Source: a bacterium
GTDB lineage: Bacteria > Arandabacterota > Arandabacteria > Arandabacterales > JALGWA01
Assembly: GCA_050125095.1 (NCBI GenBank)
Contig: JASFEA010000097.1
Coordinates: 1-11,925, forward strand
Reading direction: 5' to 3'
Length of the DNA stretch: 11,925 bases
The notes below the pieces were generated by a model that did no database searches, had not been told where the DNA came from, and saw nothing but the letters and a program-made list of their open reading frames with translations. Position numbers and translations under genes: made by a program. The stretch's first letter is position 1, and each line of letters opens with the position of its first letter. Below, piece after piece: positions 6,307 through 11,925 of this stretch.

Positions 6307-9300
6307 GTTCGGCTATAGCCCTTATATATGCCCTGATGAGTTCTTCATACTCGGGCGGGTAGTAGCCCCGGCGGCGATAGAGAATGTCCTCTATGAGCCT
6401 CTCCCGTTCCTCCAGCGTGAGCTCGGGCGGCGGCTTCACGGCGTATTCCTCGCCGGGCTCGGACTTCCGCCGCTGGGAGTAGTCCCGGCGCCGGAGCGAC
6501 TTCTGCGCGTTGAGAAGCCGCGTCAATATCTTCTCCTGGCGCCGCAATGTATCCTCATCGACCCGCTGGTTGCGGAGGGCTTCGATGATGCGTTCGGCCT
6601 CCTCTATCAAATCATCCATTCTCCCCAGGATCTCCCCCCGGTTGCCGTACTCGCGCATCATCTCCTCAAGCCCCTGCCGCACGCTCTCCTGCTGGGCCGC
6701 CAGTCTGGACATCTGCGCGCGTGCGTCCATCGTGAGCTGCCCGCTTTCGTCGAAGAGCTCCTGCGTGCCCATGTTGATGCCCATCTGCTGGCAGCTCATA
6801 TTCTGAAGGCTGCTCATGGCGTCGCACATACTGCTCGACGACGAGCAGGACGAGGCCTTGTCGGTGGCCTCGGCGATGCTGGCGATCAGCTGGTTGGTGC
6901 TCTTGAGGGCGGTCTTCATGCTGTTATTCGCCCGGCCGCGCTGGCCTTCGTGGAGCTGGCTCGCGGCCATTTCCATGTTCTCGGACACCGAGAGCGCCAT
7001 CAGCCCGAGTTCCGGGGGCACGAACAGGCTCATCTTGGAAACCTCGAAGAGCTGCTCGGCCGCGTAATCGACCGCCTCCTTGTAGACCATCTCCTGCCGC
7101 GCCAGCTCGGCCACCTCGTCATCGGGCGGCGCCTCTGCAATGCGAACCATGATGTTCTCATGCCGCTGGGACACCTCCCTGAGCCCGTTCATTACATTCT
7201 TAAGCGCGTCGAGCACTTCCTTCTGCCGGCCCCCCTGCATGGTCACCTTGGCATTGGAGACCATTTCATTGAGCTTCTCAAGATCGCCCTCTATGTCCTG
7301 TCCCATGCTCTGGGCCTCCTGCCGGTCGCCCTCGGACATGGCGGAGGTCTTTTCGGACATCTTCTGGCCGGTCTTGCTGGACTCCATGAAGTCGCTGGCA
7401 TCCTGCATCTCGCTCGCCGCCGGACTGCCCGCCGCTTCCAGGTCCTCGGCCAGGTCTTTCATCATCTCAGACAGGCCCGCGGCGTCGTTTTGAAGCCCGC
7501 GCTCCTTATCGGCGGCTTCCTCCAGGTCGCCGCCCTCGCCGATCTCCTCGTTTACGGCCTGCTCCCCCTCCAGGAGTTGCCGTGCGAGATTTTCAACGGC
7601 GTCCATGTCCTGCTCAAGCTTGAGCTGCTTGAGCATCTCTATGGTGGCGTCGAGGCGCCGCATGAGGTCTTCCTGGCTTAAGTCCAGCTCCTTCATGGCC
7701 TGCTCTATATCCTCAGGCGCCAGCTGCTCCATTGCTTCATGCATCTTCTCAAGCGCCTGCATAAACTCCTCGGTGGCCACTTGCTCCAGCAGACTCCGTA
7801 TCTCCTCCATCTTCTCTATCATCTCGAAGTTAATGAGGTCGCTCTCGCTCATCATGTCCAGAGTCTCATCCATTGACGACACTATATCCTCGAGGTCCCT
7901 GGTGAGCTCGCTCTGTCGGTCGAGGGTCTGTTTCATGGACTGCTCCTCTTCCCAGTCCACTTCCCTGTCCTGCTTCATCTCCTCGGCAAGGTCGTCCATG
8001 GCCTCCCCGAGCTCTTCCATCTCCTCGGCCACCTCCTGGAGGTCTTCGACCTCGCCCTCCTGGCGCTCCTCGATTTCCTCATAGAAGTCGTAGACGGTGG
8101 GAACCCTCGCCACGTAGGTTTCGGTTCTCGCGAACTTGGGGCCCCTGAGCGCGTCATTGTCGGCCACCCGGATGTAGTAGTAAACCGCCTCGCCCGGGAA
8201 TACGTCGAGGTCGCCGACGTCCCAGTTGTGATCCGAGCGCGCCTCCGTCCTGCCCGAGTAAGCGAGGTCTGCATAGCCCGAGTCGGCGGGGCTCCTGTAG
8301 TGGATTTGCATACTAGAGATGCCGTAGTCGTCCAGCGCCCGCACCGAGAGAGGCACGATCATGTCGGCTTCCAGCAATATCTCCTTGGCCGGACTCTCTA
8401 TCCTCACATAAGGCGGCTCGTCCTCCATTACCTTCACCGAATGAGGCCCGTGGGCCTCAAGAGCCGCCCGATCCCCCGTTACGAGCTCAAGCGAGTAAGA
8501 GAAGTCGCCCAGCAGTGACTTCGCGTATGTCACCGAGTCATCGCCGACGGCGAAGTACTCAACCTCGCGCGCGCCGCCGGCCGCCCAGGTCACGAACCGC
8601 ACGCTGTCGGGCGACGCGTTGGTCGCCAGGGCGAAGTCCGCGCGCGTACCATAGAGGGCGACGATGTCCCACACCCCCTCCGGCACTATCTGGGCCGGAA
8701 GCCCGGTGTAAGCGGGCGGCCTCAGCCTTATGAAACCGCTGGTGATGCGGGGCTCCTCGAATACGGAAATATGATAGGTACGGGTGCGCTGGCCCGACAC
8801 GCTGACGAAGTAATTGAGGTCCTTGTCCACGCGCGCGATGCCGGACGTGAAGGTCCTGATGCCGGGCTCCGCAGGCCCGTCCCCTTCCGCCGGGGACATC
8901 TTGAACCGCGTTTCCTCCTCCTCCGAGACGATATGGAGCATGGCATCGCTGTCCAGGAAGCCCTCGACCTCAGCCTCGATTTGAAGGGCCGTACCCGCAA
9001 AGATTTCCATGTCACCGGGCATTACGCGAATCGCGACGCCGCTCTCCGCGGTAAGCCCCAGGAAGAACTTCATCCTGGCGACTGAGTAAGCGAAAGAGCC
9101 CGGCGCACCGGCCCTCCAGAGCCCACCCCCCGCAAGCACGGCGACGAGCACGACGACTTCTATGATTAGAGCGCGCCTGCGCACCGCCACTTTGAGGTCG
9201 AGTTTACGTACCTTCGACGTGATTTCGTCTATGGCCCGCGTAATGAGCACATTCGAGTAGCCGAGTTTCTCCCCGTCCACCTCGGCAAGGTCGAGGGCGG

Positions 9301-9622
9301 TGAGCATGTCGAGCCCGATTTCCTTAAGCTCCTGGCCGATGCGGGCGGCGTATCTCTTTATGGAGTGGGAAGCCGCCAGAGTCCGGTAAAGCCGGTACGC
9401 AAGAAGCGCCGCCGTCGCGACGCCGCCGAGAAGGGCGACCGCCCTCAGCGCCCCCCACGGGAGCCCGAGCCCCATGTCGAGAAGGGAGACCAGAAGCCAG
9501 GCCGCGGCCAGCACCAGAAGCGCCGAGACAATCGCCGACACCAGGCCCAGCGACAGGGTGTAAGCCCTCACCCGCCTGAGCCGGCTTGAGATTTCCCCGA
9601 TGTTGTACTTACCGGCTTCCAA
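6299..9622 (-). CDS. DUF4175-like large membrane-anchored protein (3 TM segments, Ig-like beta domains, long Glu/Gln/Met-rich coiled coil)
   Basis: Three N-terminal hydrophobic segments. Beta-rich motifs PPAYTGLP, EDEPPYVRIESP, ALDDYGI and YYIRVADND..GPK. Long acidic helical region. C-terminal RQEKILTRLLNAQKSLRRRD and YPPEYEELIRAY. TTG start with SD GGGAGG. Confidence 0.8.
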   Translation of the reverse strand: MEAGKYNIGEISSRLRRVRAYTLSLGLVSAIVSALLVLAAAWLLVSLLDMGLGLPWGALRAVALLGGVATAALLAYRLYRTLAASHSIKRYAARIGQELKEIGLDMLTALDLAEVDGEKLGYSNVLITRAIDEITSKVRKLDLKVAVRRRALIIEVVVLVAVLAGGGLWRAGAPGSFAYSVARMKFFLGLTAESGVAIRVMPGDMEIFAGTALQIEAEVEGFLDSDAMLHIVSEEEETRFKMSPAEGDGPAEPGIRTFTSGIARVDKDLNYFVSVSGQRTRTYHISVFEEPRITSGFIRLRPPAYTGLPAQIVPEGVWDIVALYGTRADFALATNASPDSVRFVTWAAGGAREVEYFAVGDDSVTYAKSLLGDFSYSLELVTGDRAALEAHGPHSVKVMEDEPPYVRIESPAKEILLEADMIVPLSVRALDDYGISSMQIHYRSPADSGYADLAYSGRTEARSDHNWDVGDLDVFPGEAVYYYIRVADNDALRGPKFARTETYVARVPTVYDFYEEIEERQEGEVEDLQEVAEEMEELGEAMDDLAEEMKQDREVDWEEEQSMKQTLDRQSELTRDLEDIVSSMDETLDMMSESDLINFEMIEKMEEIRSLLEQVATEEFMQALEKMHEAMEQLAPEDIEQAMKELDLSQEDLMRRLDATIEMLKQLKLEQDMDAVENLARQLLEGEQAVNEEIGEGGDLEEAADKERGLQNDAAGLSEMMKDLAEDLEAAGSPAASEMQDASDFMESSKTGQKMSEKTSAMSEGDRQEAQSMGQDIEGDLEKLNEMVSNAKVTMQGGRQKEVLDALKNVMNGLREVSQRHENIMVRIAEAPPDDEVAELARQEMVYKEAVDYAAEQLFEVSKMSLFVPPELGLMALSVSENMEMAASQLHEGQRGRANNSMKTALKSTNQLIASIAEATDKASSCSSSSSMCDAMSSLQNMSCQQMGINMGTQELFDESGQLTMDARAQMSRLAAQQESVRQGLEEMMREYGNRGEILGRMDDLIEEAERIIEALRNQRVDEDTLRRQEKILTRLLNAQKSLRRRDYSQRRKSEPGEEYAVKPPPELTLEERERLIEDILYRRRGYYPPEYEELIRAYIRAIAEHE

Positions 9623-9645
9623 AAGGTCTTCCTCCCGGGCCAGTC

Positions 9646-10350
9646 CTAGTGCGTCAGCGCGTAGGCGATGATGTTCACCGCCATTCTGGCAGCGGCTTCG
9701 CGCTTATCCGGCGGGTCATCGTGAACGCCCGCGTCTTCGAGGCCGTCTCCTATGTCCGTGTTGAATGAATAGAAGACGACAAGCCTTCCTTCATATACAA
9801 TACCGTAACCACGGGGAGGCCCTCCGTGATGTTCGTGGATCTTGGGGAGGCCCCCCGGGAAATCATAGACAACATGGTAGATTTCGTGGCTGAAAGGGAG
9901 CTCGACCAGCTCTTCGTCCGGGAAAGCCTTTCGGATCTCCTTCCGGAAATGCTCGTCCAGCCCGTAGTTATCGTCGACCCACAGGAAACCGCCCGAGCCC
10001 AGGTACAATCGCAGCCTGGCCGCCTCCTCCTCCGAGAACTTCACCTTGCCGTGGCCGGTCATGTAGGCGAAGGGATGGTTGAAGAGCGACTCGTTCATGA
10101 TGTCGAGCTTGACCTCGTCCCTGGCCGTCTCTATGCCCAGGTCACGCTTGACCCGCGCCAGCAGATTGGGCATGGAGGTGGGGTCGCTGTACCAGTCGCC
10201 GCCGCCCCTGTACTTGAGCCTGGCTATCTTGAATTCCCCGGCCTCCACCCCGGGGACAAGCACCAGGTTGGGCACCAGCGCCAGGAGGAGGGCCAGGGCC
10301 AGGAAGATAAGGGCCGGGTGCCTGTTTTCAGCGGGATTCATGCATTCCAT
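9646..10350 (-). CDS. DUF4159 domain-containing exported protein
   Basis: Signal peptide followed by IARLKYRGGGDWYSDP, PFAYMTGHG, LRLYLGSGGFLWVDDNYG, LPFSHEIYH, GLPKIHEH, DIGDGLED and MAVNIIAYALTH. The start is either ATG 10350 or ATG 10341; there is no strong SD. Confidence 0.9.
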   Translation of the reverse strand: MECMNPAENRHPALIFLALALLLALVPNLVLVPGVEAGEFKIARLKYRGGGDWYSDPTSMPNLLARVKRDLGIETARDEVKLDIMNESLFNHPFAYMTGHGKVKFSEEEAARLRLYLGSGGFLWVDDNYGLDEHFRKEIRKAFPDEELVELPFSHEIYHVVYDFPGGLPKIHEHHGGPPRGYGIVYEGRLVVFYSFNTDIGDGLEDAGVHDDPPDKREAAARMAVNIIAYALTH

Positions 10351-10392
10351 CTACTTTGATTAAATAAGGGGCGGCCACATAGGTTCCAACCC

Positions 10393-10422
10393 AATATAAC
10401 CCCGGCTTCGAGCCTAAGTCAA
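10393..10422 (-). promoter_or_regulatory. Probable sigma70-type promoter of the DUF4159 operon
   Basis: On the minus strand: TTGACT (10422-10417), 18 nt, then TATATT (10398-10393), about 43 nt upstream of the start codon. Confidence 0.6.
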
Positions 10423-10472
10423 CTGCGGGGCATGCCGGGGCATGCGGGGCCCGGGAAGAGCAGATCAAAGGC

Positions 10473-10493
10473 GGTCAGAGCGGCGGCTCTGCC
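10473..10493 (-). terminator. Possible weak terminator hairpin after the zinc-finger gene
   Basis: CAGAGC-GGCG-GCTCTG stem-loop (10476-10491) directly after the stop codon. Only a short TTT follows, a few bases later on the minus strand. Confidence 0.3.
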
Positions 10494-10496
10494 TGG

Positions 10497-10739
10497 TCAG
10501 AAGAGCCCGTCGTCGTCATCCGTGTCGAGCACGTCCATGAGCTCGAGATCTATGAGGTCCTCGGACTCGACCTGCCGCTCGTCATCGAAATCGTCCTCGT
10601 CGTCATGGTGGCCTTGTGCATAGCAGGATTCGCAGTAGATCCTGTCCCCGTCCTCTATCATGCATTTTCTACACAGGCTGATTCCGCAGGCCGAGCATAC
10701 GGCGAAGGCGTTTGCGCGGGGATGATAGTGACATTTCAT
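10497..10739 (-). CDS. Small B-box-type zinc-finger protein with an acidic C-terminal tail (80 aa)
   Basis: ATG at 10739 with SD AGGAGGTG at 10749-10756, which fits better than the track start at 10781. The pattern is CxxH-x8-CxxC-x4-CxxC-x9-CxxC followed by a D/E-rich tail. Confidence 0.8.
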   Translation of the reverse strand: MKCHYHPRANAFAVCSACGISLCRKCMIEDGDRIYCESCYAQGHHDDEDDFDDERQVESEDLIDLELMDVLDTDDDDGLF

Positions 10740-10799
10740 CGGAAATACCACCTCCTGGAGTGCGGCCACGGAGCGCCGCAACTCACTTTCGCAACTCAG

Positions 10800-10825
10800 A
10801 TAATACCAAACCCCGACCTTGTCAA
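10800..10825 (-). promoter_or_regulatory. Possible promoter of the zinc-finger gene
   Basis: The minus strand has a perfect TTGACA (10825-10820) and an extended -10 TGG-TATTAT (10808-10800). The spacer is only 14 nt, so the pairing of the two boxes is uncertain. Confidence 0.4.
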
Positions 10826-10853
10826 GAGGAATATTGGGGCCCCGCCGGGGAGC

Positions 10854-10883
10854 TTGACCCGGCCCCTCCGGCCCTGGTATAAT
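10854..10883 (+). promoter_or_regulatory. Sigma70-type promoter of the metallophosphoesterase gene
   Basis: TTGACC (10854-10859), 18 nt ending in TGG, TATAAT (10878-10883), then SD GGGAG (10891-10895) and ATG at 10902. Confidence 0.75.
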
Positions 10884-10901
10884 CGGTGCTGGGAGTATAA
10901 A

Positions 10902-11925
10902 ATGAGAGTCAGCGGGTTCCGGAGCGTTAATGCAGCACTGCCGTTCATCCTGGCCCTTATTACATGCACGCCCGCCGTGCTGGCGGCCGCAGGCGCATTT
11001 GAGATATCACTCGAGGACAGCACCGGTTTCGGCCCCCCGCCAGCCTATGACCTCAGGGACCTCGACCGCAAGACCCGGACGGACCTCCCGGGCGCCGATA
11101 TGCTCTTCTCCTTCGCGATAATCGCCGATTCGCACATACGGCCCTATGGCTACGATAGTACGTACTACATCAAGGCCAACAGCATATCACGCGAGCTCCT
11201 GGCCAACTTCGTCAGAGACATCAACGACCACTTGCCCAGAGTCGACTTCGTGGTCCACCTGGGAGACGTGACCGATAACGGCAGCGTTGACGAATTCGAA
11301 TGGGCGGGTTCGATTCTGGACAGCCTCGAATGCCCGCTTTACCCGGTTGTCGGCAATCACGACAACTTCCAGAGCGATGACAAGCAGGCGTTCAAGGACT
11401 GTTTCGGCCTCGACTCGACTCACTACTCCTTCGACTACTTCGACATGCATTTCATCGTCATCGACTGCACGCTCCAGCCCTATGTTCCGCCGCGCGTCCA
11501 CTGCCACGCGGTGGAGCGCGCGTGGGTGGAACAGGACCTGGCCGCGAACCCGGACAAACCCACGATCGTCCTCAGCCACTACAACATGTGGGAGAGAGGC
11601 TGGTGCGCGACATTCGATACGACCTGCCATTACCAGGAGTACGAGGGCGTGGCTTACCTCAGGCAGATCCTCGAGGAAGCCGGGAACGTGGTAGCGGTGC
11701 TCAACGGTCACGTCCACGCCAATCGCGTAGAGGTACATAACGGCATTTACTATCTCGACATCAACGCCACCCTGGTGGGCAGGCCGTCCGTCAGGTACTT
11801 CTATGTATACCAGGAGCGGATAGACGTCGACTACGAGTACATCTCGGATGACAGCCTCTTCAATCACGTGCAGGCCCTCTGCGGTCGCTGCACGGCCTGT
11901 TTTGACCCGGACCTTGTCTGCGATT
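10902..11925 (+). CDS. Secreted calcineurin-like metallophosphoesterase (Icc/CpdA-like), 3' end outside the window
   Basis: Translated by hand: signal peptide MRVSGFRSVNAALPFILALITCTPAVLA, then all five metal-ligand motifs: FAIIADSH, VHLGDVTD, VVGNHD, IVLSH and LNGHVH. There is no stop before the window end, which explains its absence from the ORF track. Confidence 0.9.
   Translation, partial: MRVSGFRSVNAALPFILALITCTPAVLAAAGAFEISLEDSTGFGPPPAYDLRDLDRKTRTDLPGADMLFSFAIIADSHIRPYGYDSTYYIKANSISRELLANFVRDINDHLPRVDFVVHLGDVTDNGSVDEFEWAGSILDSLECPLYPVVGNHDNFQSDDKQAFKDCFGLDSTHYSFDYFDMHFIVIDCTLQPYVPPRVHCHAVERAWVEQDLAANPDKPTIVLSHYNMWERGWCATFDTTCHYQEYEGVAYLRQILEEAGNVVAVLNGHVHANRVEVHNGIYYLDINATLVGRPSVRYFYVYQERIDVDYEYISDDSLFNHVQALCGRCTACFDPDLVCD

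Noticed and set aside
6296-7681. 461-aa plus-strand ORF
   Set aside because: It is antisense to the DUF4175-like gene, and its Leu/His richness simply mirrors the Glu/Gln/Met codons on the other strand.
10740-10781. ORF-track N-terminal extension of the zinc-finger gene
   Set aside because: The strong SD at 10749-10756 points to the ATG at 10739.
11031-11040. C6 run as a possible frameshift in the phosphoesterase gene
   Set aside because: Manual translation stays in frame (FGPPPAY) from the signal peptide through the catalytic motifs.
11187-11867. 226-aa minus-strand ORF and the short plus-strand ORFs at 10930, 11287 and 11522
   Set aside because: All are antisense or out-of-frame shadows of the metallophosphoesterase that starts at 10902.

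Overview
GC-rich, gene-dense bacterial window with no rRNA, tRNA, CRISPR array or transposase that I can see. From left to right it holds: (1) the 3' part of a sulfatase-family gene (+); (2) a separately promoted, secreted, Cys-rich right-handed beta-helix protein (-) ending in a TWGxIK tail; (3) a tightly coupled five-gene minus-strand operon, in transcription order DUF4159, a DUF4175-like membrane-anchored coiled-coil protein, an exported TPR protein, an exported class-I-GATase-like protein (family often labelled 'asparagine synthetase B') and a DUF89/ARMT1-like phosphatase; (4) a small B-box-type zinc-finger protein with a very acidic tail (-); (5) a divergent, secreted calcineurin-like metallophosphoesterase (+, from 10902, running off the right edge and missing from the ORF track). 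The TWGxIK tail and gene content suggest an FCB-related candidate phylum such as Eisenbacteria, Krumholzibacteriota or Latescibacterota, which is an inference. The best leads are the TWGxIK putative sorting signal, the uncharacterised extracytoplasmic operon lacking its usual MoxR/DUF58/vWA partners, and the zinc-finger protein with an SSB-like acidic tip. All family assignments come from motif recognition by eye, not from database searches.
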